Below, one piece after another: positions 19,669 to 27,899 of a stretch of DNA of 64,000 nt. Made by a program: the position numbers and the translations under genes. The first letter of the stretch is position 1. Each line of letters opens with the position of its first letter. This DNA is from an uncultured bacterium (lineage in GTDB: Bacteria; Cloacimonadota; Cloacimonadia; Cloacimonadales; TCS61): positions 30,665-94,664 of the forward strand of contig CBDUTJ010000004.1 in NCBI GenBank assembly GCA_965370415.1, read 5' to 3'. Below the pieces are notes generated by a model that worked only from the letters and a program-made list of their open reading frames with translations, made no database searches and was not told where the DNA came from.

Positions 19669-19854
19669 ATGAGCCAAAGTATTCCATTAGTCTGGTATAT
19701 CGCAATGGGAGTAGCTTTCGGATTGCTGCTAGGGTATGCGATTGGAATGACCATCGGTATTTCACAAGGCAAACAACAGCTTATAAAAAGAATTAAGTTA
19801 CTGGTCTCACGTAAAAAGATAGACTTTAATATTGATAAACTTCTTCGGGGATAA
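19669..19854 (+). CDS. Small single-TM membrane protein
   Basis: 61 aa with GGGAGG 6 nt upstream, one Gly-rich TM helix, then a basic amphipathic tail. Confidence 0.45.
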   Translation: MSQSIPLVWYIAMGVAFGLLLGYAIGMTIGISQGKQQLIKRIKLLVSRKKIDFNIDKLLRG

Positions 19855-19892
19855 TTTATTAAAAAATTTAAAAATACAAAAAAGGAGAAATA

Positions 19893-21149
19893 ATGAAAAA
19901 ACAAGCTAAATGGATTTTACTTATTGTAATCGTAGTAATATCATCTCAAGTATTGTCTGCTCAAACAAATGTTTCAGGTGAGGTTTCAGGAATTTGGGAG
20001 CTTGCCAACAGCCCGTACATCGTTGTAGGAGATATTTCGATTGTTGGTGATTCCATGCTGGTAATAGAAGCAGGCGTAGAAGTAAAGTTTGATGGTTTCT
20101 ATCAATTCGTTGCTTATGGAGTTTTATCTGCTATCGGAACCGAATCCGAACCGATCCTTTTTACATCCAACGCATCAACACCCAATCCCGGTGACTGGTA
20201 CAATATTGAACTTTCCGATTCATGCATAATTCAGTACAGCATTATAGAATATGCCGGACAACCGGAACCACCTACAAACAAATTCGCCATCAGGCTGAAT
20301 GGCGATTGTGAGATTTTGAATAATGTCATAAGGCACAACAATGTTTCCGGTATTGGTGCAATGTTCGAGAGCTCTGTTATCAGATACAATTCGATCTATG
20401 ATAATTCTACAGACTTCTTTGTTGGTGCCGGTATTTATTCCCAATGGTCATCTGCAAAGATTGAAAACAACACAATAGCAGATAATAACTTTGGCGGAAT
20501 GTTGCATCAGGCAAATAGTGATAGTTTAACAGTAATTAACAACATTATTGTTAATAATAGCGGTGTTGGTTTTCAATATGATCAGATTACAGGAAGCCCC
20601 TTCCCAATTGCAGATTACAATGACGTGTGGGGAAATACAACGAATTATGTTAACCTTACGCCCGGAGCACATAGCATCTCGGAAGATCCGTTATTCGTTG
20701 GAATTGATGATTATCACCTGACTGCAGATTCTCCCTGTATAGATGCCGGAGATCCGAGTTTCCCGCTCGATCCTGATGGCACAATTGCAGACATGGGAGC
20801 ATTCTATTATAACCAAACTGGAATTAATGGTAACATAATAATTTCAACCGATGTACATCTTTATCAGAATTACCCCAATCCTTTCAATCCAACCACAACT
20901 ATTTCTTTTGAATTAATCACCGAAAACACCGAAGACACTGAAATAATAATTTACAATATCAATGGGCAAAAAGTGAAAACTTTGGAGTGCAATAACCACG
21001 TTATTGCAAAAGCGACGGAGTCGCTTTACCACATTACCTGGAACGGTACTGACGAAAACAATAAAGCTGTTAGTTCGGGAGTATATTTGTACAAACTAAA
21101 TGTAAACGGAAAAACAAAAGCTGTGAGGAAGTGCTTATTGATGAAATAG
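19893..21149 (+). CDS. Right-handed beta-helix repeat protein with T9SS C-terminal sorting domain
   Basis: 418 aa with a signal peptide and PbH1-like repeats (NNVIRHNNVSGIG, IENNTIADNNFGG, INNIIVNNSGVG). The CTD is NYPNPFNPTTTISFEL...GVYLYKLNVNGKTKAVRKCLLMK. Confidence 0.7.
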   Translation: MKKQAKWILLIVIVVISSQVLSAQTNVSGEVSGIWELANSPYIVVGDISIVGDSMLVIEAGVEVKFDGFYQFVAYGVLSAIGTESEPILFTSNASTPNPGDWYNIELSDSCIIQYSIIEYAGQPEPPTNKFAIRLNGDCEILNNVIRHNNVSGIGAMFESSVIRYNSIYDNSTDFFVGAGIYSQWSSAKIENNTIADNNFGGMLHQANSDSLTVINNIIVNNSGVGFQYDQITGSPFPIADYNDVWGNTTNYVNLTPGAHSISEDPLFVGIDDYHLTADSPCIDAGDPSFPLDPDGTIADMGAFYYNQTGINGNIIISTDVHLYQNYPNPFNPTTTISFELITENTEDTEIIIYNINGQKVKTLECNNHVIAKATESLYHITWNGTDENNKAVSSGVYLYKLNVNGKTKAVRKCLLMK

Positions 21150-21206
21150 TACAGTGTAGAACTCCTAATTCATCCTTAGCTCCGTATAAAATCAAAGGGA
21201 GGTATT

Positions 21207-21542
21207 ATGCCTAAAAAAGACTGTTGGGACATAATAAAAATAACATCCACTATACTTATACCTATTGTTATAATATTTTCAGGATGTATTATTAATAAAA
21301 CACTTCAAAAAAATGAAATTAAAGTAAAATATGTTGAAATTGCAGTAAGAATACTAAGCAATGAACCAAATGAGGAAACATCAGCATTAAGAAATTGGGC
21401 AGTTGATTTACTAAACGAAAATTCCGATGTTAAGTTGGATAGTTTAGCAATTGATGAACTATTAAAATTGCCAATTTATTTAACTGATGATGCAGGAGAT
21501 TATTTAACCGATGATGCTGGCAATCCTCTTCAGGGAAATTAA
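21207..21542 (+). CDS. Hypothetical membrane-anchored protein
   Basis: 111 aa with GGGAGG upstream and one N-terminal TM. The C-terminal peptide repeats in tandem: YLTDDAGD YLTDDAGN. Confidence 0.4.
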   Translation: MPKKDCWDIIKITSTILIPIVIIFSGCIINKTLQKNEIKVKYVEIAVRILSNEPNEETSALRNWAVDLLNENSDVKLDSLAIDELLKLPIYLTDDAGDYLTDDAGNPLQGN

Positions 21543-21650
21543 ATGTAAAACTATTAATGAAGCAGAAGCTTCATATACTATTACATTCCCAACTGGAAAG
21601 TTAGGAATGAGATAAAATTTGCAATTTGTTCGTTTTGTTCGTTGCTAATC

Positions 21651-22430
21651 CTACTCCGCAACCACAATAACACCGGTTCCGGTTTTATTCTTTAGTTTCA
21701 CATCAAGCAACATAAACAGCGCTGAAAGCGGATAGAACAACAAATAATAAAATGGCAACAACAGGAAAAACAGTTTGCTTTTCCCTAACATACTCATCGG
21801 GTATTTCATAGAAAGCAGCCAGGCAAAGTGTCCCCACTTTCCATAAGAATACTCAAATGAAACAATTTTAAATCCTGCATTTTTCAGTTTGGAAATAATT
21901 TCTTCTTTTGAATATCCGGGACGCACATGCTCTTCCGTGAATTTGGCAGATTCATCAAAATTGCTGGGTGAGGAGATTATTAGTTTTCCGTTTTTTTCGA
22001 GAACCTGCCGGAAATTCTGTAAAACCTGCTCATCATTTTCGATGTGTTCCAGGATATCGATGGCAAGTATCAGATCGAACTTATCTTTTGGAACATAAGC
22101 GGTTAAATCTGCCTGCTGGGCTGTGAAATCCTGCCAGTTGTGTTTGGCTGCATATCGGGCAAAAGAATCCATGTAATCCGTTTTCAGGTCAACAGCATGC
22201 ACCTCGGCTTTTTTAAAATGTTTAAAGATAAAATTGGAATATTGTCCAAAGCCGGCACCCGCATCGTAAAAACGGATCGGTTTATCTTTCGGAAAATATT
22301 TCTTTATCTCTCTCTTTACATACCACTGCCGCAGCAACAGCATATCCAGAGATGTGTAAAACAATTTCCTGAAAAAAGGAATTTTATCAATGAGTCCTGC
22401 GAATTTATCTTTTATTTTGTCGTACTGCAT
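21651..22430 (-). CDS. Class I SAM-dependent methyltransferase with C-terminal membrane segment
   Basis: 259 aa. Motif I is FYDAGAGFGQYS and post-I is VHAVDL. The DLILAIDILEHI motif and hydrophobic tail are also present. Confidence 0.75.
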   Translation of the reverse strand: MQYDKIKDKFAGLIDKIPFFRKLFYTSLDMLLLRQWYVKREIKKYFPKDKPIRFYDAGAGFGQYSNFIFKHFKKAEVHAVDLKTDYMDSFARYAAKHNWQDFTAQQADLTAYVPKDKFDLILAIDILEHIENDEQVLQNFRQVLEKNGKLIISSPSNFDESAKFTEEHVRPGYSKEEIISKLKNAGFKIVSFEYSYGKWGHFAWLLSMKYPMSMLGKSKLFFLLLPFYYLLFYPLSALFMLLDVKLKNKTGTGVIVVAE

Positions 22431-22433
22431 AAA

Positions 22434-23465
22434 TTAACCTGTCACATTCCTGCAAGCCCACAAACCGCCCTTAATGTTTATATCTTCATCTTCAATAATA
22501 TAAACAGGAAGCAATTTAAGGATGTTTTCTCTGTTCGTGCTTTTTTGAAGTTCTTCCATAAAGCCACTTTGCTTGATTAATTCTGCATTTTTAATTGTTG
22601 AAGCTCCACAAAGGTAAATTCCATTGAATGGACGGAAAAACAGAGCAATTGCTTGCGTGAGTTTACCTGCACACCTGTAAAAAATATCGAGCGCTTCCCT
22701 GCAGATTTCATCTTTCAATGCTTTTTCTGCGATCTGTTCTGCAGATAATTCTTCCGGTTTCATTTTTGGATAATACAACTCTACCAAGCCTTTATATATT
22801 AATTCCAATCCGTTCCCTGAAACGAAATCTTCCCAACTTGGCAGGTTGGAAAGCTTCATTTTTTTCTTCATCCATTTTAACAATTCTTCATGCTTTTCGT
22901 CCAGAGCAGAAACTGTGATATGTTGAATTTCCGAAGGAATAACCTCATAATATTTTTCACCGGATTTTGTGCTTCCTTTTATCACACCGGTGGTCCCGAA
23001 ACCTGTTCCTGGAGCCAGCAGAACCGATCTTGAATGACCCGGTTCTGTTTGAGCTTTCACAGATAGTTCATACAATTTTGTGAATTTATATTCGCTTCCT
23101 TCCAAAGATAGAAAACCATAAGCCGCAAGTTCCATATCGTTCAGCATCAGGGTTTTATTTTCGGGAAGTCCGCAATCATAAAGGTCCTGTAGCGTTATTT
23201 TTGTTCTATCCTGCCACCTTGTCAGGTTTACTTCGTTCTTGTTCAGCACGATCCCTGCAAAACCGACGGTGCCTCTATCGGGAAGTTGTTTTTGCTCGTA
23301 AATTGAATTCCGGATAAAATCCTGCAGCTTCCGTTTTGAATCTATTTTTGCTTTGAATATTTCTGAAGTTTTTATCTTTTTCCCATTTTGAGTAATTTCA
23401 AATTGTATGCGAGTATTGGTTCCGCCCACATCGACAGAAATATTCATTTTCAGCTTTTTACTCAT
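22434..23465 (-). CDS. glk: Glucokinase (ROK/Glk-type sugar kinase)
   Basis: 343 aa. NISVDVGGTNTRIQ is the ASKHA phosphate-1 motif and LAPGTGFGTTG is the phosphate-2/adenosine region. The start could instead be Met7. Confidence 0.75.
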   Translation of the reverse strand: MSKKLKMNISVDVGGTNTRIQFEITQNGKKIKTSEIFKAKIDSKRKLQDFIRNSIYEQKQLPDRGTVGFAGIVLNKNEVNLTRWQDRTKITLQDLYDCGLPENKTLMLNDMELAAYGFLSLEGSEYKFTKLYELSVKAQTEPGHSRSVLLAPGTGFGTTGVIKGSTKSGEKYYEVIPSEIQHITVSALDEKHEELLKWMKKKMKLSNLPSWEDFVSGNGLELIYKGLVELYYPKMKPEELSAEQIAEKALKDEICREALDIFYRCAGKLTQAIALFFRPFNGIYLCGASTIKNAELIKQSGFMEELQKSTNRENILKLLPVYIIEDEDINIKGGLWACRNVTG

Positions 23466-24033
23466 AGATTTTAAATGCTTGAGCGGTTGTGTTTCGTCAA
23501 TGAAAATGTTAATTATTGTAACATCGATTTCCTGGCTTCCTCCAAAAACCAGTAGCAGTTCTCAAGGTATCCCATTGAAAAACAATAAAACACAGAAAAG
23601 TCGTTAAAAAGAAGTGGCAAAGGGATTAGAACTTAAAGTGCATTCTTTTTCTTAAAATCGGCATAATATAAATTGCGTTAGGAAATTGGTAATAAACAAG
23701 CGTTATGAAAAATCTTCTGTTTGAGTGATTGTCTAATTTCTTTCATAGATTCCACTCAGAAAATAACGAGTTAAGATTTTTTAGTGGTGTTTACCAATTT
23801 TAGTAATTTATATTCGCTGAGAGTTTTTCTTTGCTTCGTTTCTTTTGTCGGTACAAAAGAAATGAAGTCCAATACTTGCAAGCATCTATGTGCAAAATCT
23901 TCTTGCTATTCTTTATAAAAAAAAGAATACAATGATTTTAAATTTTTCAGGGGATGCTTGTACATCGATTTCTTTTTGACAGGATTCTCCTAATTATTTT
24001 TTTCTGTCTCGTATAGAATTTCAGAGAATTATT

Positions 24034-24786
24034 ATGAATAAAGATGAATTAATAAAAGAAGCACGAAATCCCAAATATATTTCGGGAATATTTAACTATT
24101 GCGACAGATGGTGTGAGCGCTGCCAATTTACTTCACGCTGCCTGAATTATAAGATCGGAAAGGAAAACTACAGTGATCTGGAAAAACATGATATTTCCAC
24201 TGCTGAATTCTGGGAAGGATTTACAAACTTAATGAAAGATACCTTAGAAATGCTTCAAGACAAGGCTAAAGAAATGGGTATCGATCTCGATTCTATTGAA
24301 ATCGAGGAAAAAGAAACAAGCTCAGAAAATGTTATTCACCTGACATCAGAGATGGCAAATAAATACATAACACTCGTTGATGACTGGTTTGATTCCACCA
24401 AATACGTTTATGAAGATTCGGAAGTCTGTCAAAAACTGAACCATTCAAAAGAAGCCGTTGTAAAATTTGATGACATTACCCAGATTATCAGGTGGTCTCA
24501 AATGCAGATATATGTTAAGCTTCAAAGGGCACTCGATGGCGAAGAAACAGATTTTTCTGAAGATTTTCCCAAAGATTCAGATGGTTCTGCAAAGGTTGCA
24601 TTGATCGGAATTGACCGTTCACTCGGTGCATGGACAAAAATGCTGGAATTTTTCCCGGACAGAAAGAAAACGCTTATGGAAATTATTACTTTTCTAAAAC
24701 GCCTTTGCAGTATAGTAAAAAAAAAATTCCCGCAAGCACGTGAATTCGTCCGACCCGGATTTGATAAAGTTGCTGATGCTGTTTAG
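24034..24786 (+). CDS. Hypothetical protein with N-terminal Cys4 motif
   Basis: 250 aa. CDRWCERCQFTSRC spans aa 23-36 and the rest is helical and acidic. It converges on the defence-like operon. Weak RBS. Confidence 0.5.
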   Translation: MNKDELIKEARNPKYISGIFNYCDRWCERCQFTSRCLNYKIGKENYSDLEKHDISTAEFWEGFTNLMKDTLEMLQDKAKEMGIDLDSIEIEEKETSSENVIHLTSEMANKYITLVDDWFDSTKYVYEDSEVCQKLNHSKEAVVKFDDITQIIRWSQMQIYVKLQRALDGEETDFSEDFPKDSDGSAKVALIGIDRSLGAWTKMLEFFPDRKKTLMEIITFLKRLCSIVKKKFPQAREFVRPGFDKVADAV

Positions 24787-24868
24787 ATATTAAAGAATGA
24801 ATGGAAAGACATAATTTTTCAATTTTACTTAAACTCCTTTTTTCCCTCAAAGTTGTGGCTAATGGTAA

Positions 24869-24907
24869 CTGTGCGCCAAGAGGAGCAACGCGACTGCTTG
24901 GGCACAG
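24869..24907. terminator. GC-rich hairpin between convergent genes (possible bidirectional terminator)
   Basis: CTGTGCGCCAAG / CTTGGGCACAG form an 11-bp stem with one bulged G and a 16-nt loop. There is no U-tract on either side. It stands out as GC-rich in AT-rich surroundings. Confidence 0.35.
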
Positions 24908-24959
24908 AGTTATGTCCGATTAATCATTTTTATAACTTTGATTTTATAATAATAAGGTT

Positions 24960-26225
24960 CTATTTTCTTTTTTCAAGAATAATTACACTTTCTCTCAACT
25001 TCTTAATATCGGGGCTGTATTTTGTTTTTCTCTTTCTGATTTCTCTTAATACACCAATTTCTTTAAGTTTCCAACCGTGGTTTGTTGAAATATCTGCTAA
25101 AATTAAATCTACAGGAATATGTTCATTTGCATAGGCAGAAGTTGAAACAATCATCCATAAATTTGCGTTATCATTAGCATAATTTGATAAATTACTAAAT
25201 ACTTTTCCCATATCTTCAAAATAGCCTAAAATCATAGATGGTATATAATCATTCATAAGTTGATCTTTCTTTTGAATAATCTTATTATAAATATTCTTCA
25301 ATTGGATACTATCAAATTTATTTATATCGGGTTGCTTCCATTTTACTTGAACATGAGACCTAACAGTTCTAAATCTTAAATCATAAAGCTCTTTAGAGGA
25401 ATTAACAAATCCGCCAAGAAAAAGTTCCGGTCTATAAATATCTGTATAATCAAAAGTATTTAAATATGGGGGTGATGTGATGCACAAATCAAACTTTGGA
25501 ATTTTATTAATTGATTTACGCCTTCTTGAATCGTATGTTCTTATTTCTGGTGATATAGGAATGTTCTCAGATAAATCTTCTTTGATGATTTTACACTTAC
25601 TGAGAAATGTATCTAAAAATGAATCTTTATTATATCCTATTTTCCCCCATTCCTTTTTGTATCTTAGACATTTTCCATCTTTAGAGGCATTGCAATTCTC
25701 CATAATTGAAGAAATAAGTGCAAGCTTTAGAAGATGCGAAGATTTGCTTTGTTTATTAGAAATATAATTATGTCCACCTTCAAAAGTTCGTAATACTTCT
25801 AGATTGAATAACCATTTAGAGGGGTTTTTTGCTGATTCTGTGAATGTCGAATATCCTTCTAATTTAGATCTAGCTCCTTTTTCGCAATGCGTTACAATTT
25901 CATCAACTTCAGATTGAAAGCGCTCAGGATTAACATTATGCGTTTTCGTTTTTGCCAAAAAGGAAGTGAATGGGTTTATCTCGTAGCCATAAGAATTAAT
26001 TTTTTTAATAGCTGCTGTCAATGTAACAGTACCACTACCATTAAAAGGATCGAGTATGATATTATCTTCATTTAAACCGTATTCTTTAATTGCGCTTTCT
26101 ACAAGATTTGGTGAAAAACCTTCCTTGTAATAATACCATCTATGGCGAGGTAAATTAACTGTATCCTCAGAATTTGAGTATCCATTATTTTTAAGTATGA
26201 AATTATCGTTTAACTTATCTTGCAT
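24960..26225 (-). CDS. Amino (N6-adenine or N4-cytosine) DNA methyltransferase, alpha-like motif order
   Basis: 421 aa. The AdoMet motif I ILDPFNGSGTVTLTAA (aa 57-72) precedes the catalytic motif IV CITSPPYLN (SPPY, aa 251-254) by about 190 aa. It starts 3 nt after the stop of the upstream nuclease-like gene. Confidence 0.8.
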   Translation of the reverse strand: MQDKLNDNFILKNNGYSNSEDTVNLPRHRWYYYKEGFSPNLVESAIKEYGLNEDNIILDPFNGSGTVTLTAAIKKINSYGYEINPFTSFLAKTKTHNVNPERFQSEVDEIVTHCEKGARSKLEGYSTFTESAKNPSKWLFNLEVLRTFEGGHNYISNKQSKSSHLLKLALISSIMENCNASKDGKCLRYKKEWGKIGYNKDSFLDTFLSKCKIIKEDLSENIPISPEIRTYDSRRRKSINKIPKFDLCITSPPYLNTFDYTDIYRPELFLGGFVNSSKELYDLRFRTVRSHVQVKWKQPDINKFDSIQLKNIYNKIIQKKDQLMNDYIPSMILGYFEDMGKVFSNLSNYANDNANLWMIVSTSAYANEHIPVDLILADISTNHGWKLKEIGVLREIRKRKTKYSPDIKKLRESVIILEKRK

Positions 26226-26228
26226 AGT

Positions 26229-27314
26229 TCAATTACAGATTGGTTCTGTAAACATTCTAATTGGTTTTTCAAATCCTTGAATAGTCTGATGAAAGTTTTT
26301 ATCGGCATCAATGATTAAATCAATGTCTTTAAAGTGCATTCCATCTTCAGTATTTATATCTGTTTGAGCTGCAGTAAGGTTATTTCTTCGGCCATCAATT
26401 ACAACTAGATAAGATTTAATTATTGTAGTTGGTATATCTGATGAAACTGCATCGTGATAACCTTTAAGTTGTGTTATGCCACTATTTGCCCTTGCATCTG
26501 AATACGAATAAATTTCACCATCTGATTGTTTTTTAACAGTTCCAATAAATTTTATTTCAATCAAGGCTGTTCTATTTGCTTCCCTCCAATTAATTCTGAT
26601 ATCAATAGGTTTCGGTTTCGTAAAATCTCCAATAGTGTTATATTCTCTTGATGACTCCATTGAAATTCCTCTTATGAAAAAAGATGTTAGAAACTCGTGA
26701 AGTGATAATTGCATAAATTTCTCAGGTATATTACTTCCACTTCCTCCACCTCTAAAGAAAAGTCTATTACCATCATGCCATGATTGAGAAAAGTGCTCAC
26801 AAGATGATTTTAGAATTTTCATTACCCAAAATTGGTTAAGAGCTTCAACCAATTCAATAAACTGAGTAGCAAAACGACTTCCATAATTGTATATTGTTAT
26901 GTCAATTTTTTCATCATTTGCGAAGAAATATTCCTTATTGTTACTGAAGTAGTAAACTAATGTATCTTTTTGTTTCAGAAGATCGTCTGGGTTTTGATTA
27001 TCCCAAAGTATCATTCTACTTGAATCATTAAAAACTTGTATGATAAATACCCCTGTTATTCTATTTAGTAGTATGTTTTTGTCATAAAGAAGAGTACCTC
27101 TTGATTCATCATAACAAAGCTGGTCATCAAGGTTTTTGCAAACAAAAAAATCACCTTTAAAGAAACTTGGTTCAAAATATCTGTATATTTCATTTAAAGA
27201 TTTTGCTATGACCTCTATTGCTTTACTGGCAGGGTCAATATTTCCAAAGGCGCGCATTACTTGAGATGAGTAATGGCTTGAAAGACTTCTAATAATTTCT
27301 TCTCTATCAGCCAT
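26229..27314 (-). CDS. Two-domain protein: unknown N-terminal domain plus C-terminal PD-(D/E)xK (restriction-endonuclease-fold) nuclease candidate
   Basis: 361 aa. A Gly/Ser linker RGGGSGSN (aa 188-195) separates the halves. The C-terminal half carries E207 (HEFL), PID238 and E253-I-K255 (ALIEIKF) with spacing typical of PD-(D/E)xK. It starts 3 nt after the stop of the upstream gene. Confidence 0.5.
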   Translation of the reverse strand: MADREEIIRSLSSHYSSQVMRAFGNIDPASKAIEVIAKSLNEIYRYFEPSFFKGDFFVCKNLDDQLCYDESRGTLLYDKNILLNRITGVFIIQVFNDSSRMILWDNQNPDDLLKQKDTLVYYFSNNKEYFFANDEKIDITIYNYGSRFATQFIELVEALNQFWVMKILKSSCEHFSQSWHDGNRLFFRGGGSGSNIPEKFMQLSLHEFLTSFFIRGISMESSREYNTIGDFTKPKPIDIRINWREANRTALIEIKFIGTVKKQSDGEIYSYSDARANSGITQLKGYHDAVSSDIPTTIIKSYLVVIDGRRNNLTAAQTDINTEDGMHFKDIDLIIDADKNFHQTIQGFEKPIRMFTEPICN

Positions 27315-27317
27315 AAG

Positions 27318-27899
27318 TTAATCTTCAATTTTTATTTGTTCAGTTAAATAATTCACCCAAGCAACTGCTGGTATTATCAAATCATGACTCTTAATACCAA
27401 CAGCTTCACTTATTTCCTTAAACTGAGGATAAAAACTCGTGGGATTCAACCATCCTGTTTTCAATTCCGACTGCTTTTTTAAATCAGGCTCATTGAGCAA
27501 TGCCCTGACAGTTTGAGAATAAGGAATTAGAATAGTCGTAGTGCAGGCAGCATTTAATATTTCTTCTCTTTTTTTAAAAGTTGAAAGCTCTTTGAATTTG
27601 TTAAATTCATCTGTTCCTCTACCAGTAATAGTGAAATATTCCACCTTGTTTTCAAATAGTCCATTCTGAATATGTCTGTTTATTGCTTCATCAATTGAAG
27701 ATGCAAAAGGATAACCATTTTCAACAGTGTATTTGTGTTGCCAAGTACTTATCGGATTACCTGAATAACAGTATAAAAAGGCTGAGAAATAAGAGAATAA
27801 ATGAATCTCTTCCAACTTGAAGCCATCTAAAAAGTTATCAAGTTTATGAGCCAATGATAAGCTGTCAAAAAAAGCTTCTGGTATTACTTGTTTGCTCAT
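27318..27899 (-). CDS. Small helical protein, candidate middle component of an ABC-3C/Lamassu-like system
   Basis: 193 aa. Its ATG overlaps the TGA of the ATPase gene (ATGA at 27896-27899). The central GYPFASSIDEAINRHIQNGLFENKVEYFTITGRGTDEF looks winged-helix-like. No enzymatic motif. Confidence 0.45.
   Translation of the reverse strand: MSKQVIPEAFFDSLSLAHKLDNFLDGFKLEEIHLFSYFSAFLYCYSGNPISTWQHKYTVENGYPFASSIDEAINRHIQNGLFENKVEYFTITGRGTDEFNKFKELSTFKKREEILNAACTTTILIPYSQTVRALLNEPDLKKQSELKTGWLNPTSFYPQFKEISEAVGIKSHDLIIPAVAWVNYLTEQIKIED

Noticed and set aside
21625-21642. Tandem TTTGTTCGT x2 between convergent genes
   Set aside because: There are only two copies of a 9-mer in AT-rich spacer DNA. This is too short to call a repeat locus.
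24100-24141. CxxxCxxC motif interpreted as a radical SAM enzyme
   Set aside because: The protein is only 250 aa, largely acidic and helical. It lacks the glycine-rich SAM-binding and barrel elements that follow the cluster motif in radical SAM enzymes. I kept it only as an unexplained Cys4 motif.
24853-25134. 93-aa plus-strand ORF
   Set aside because: It starts in the hairpin region and runs antisense into the 3' end of the methyltransferase gene, with no RBS or motif.
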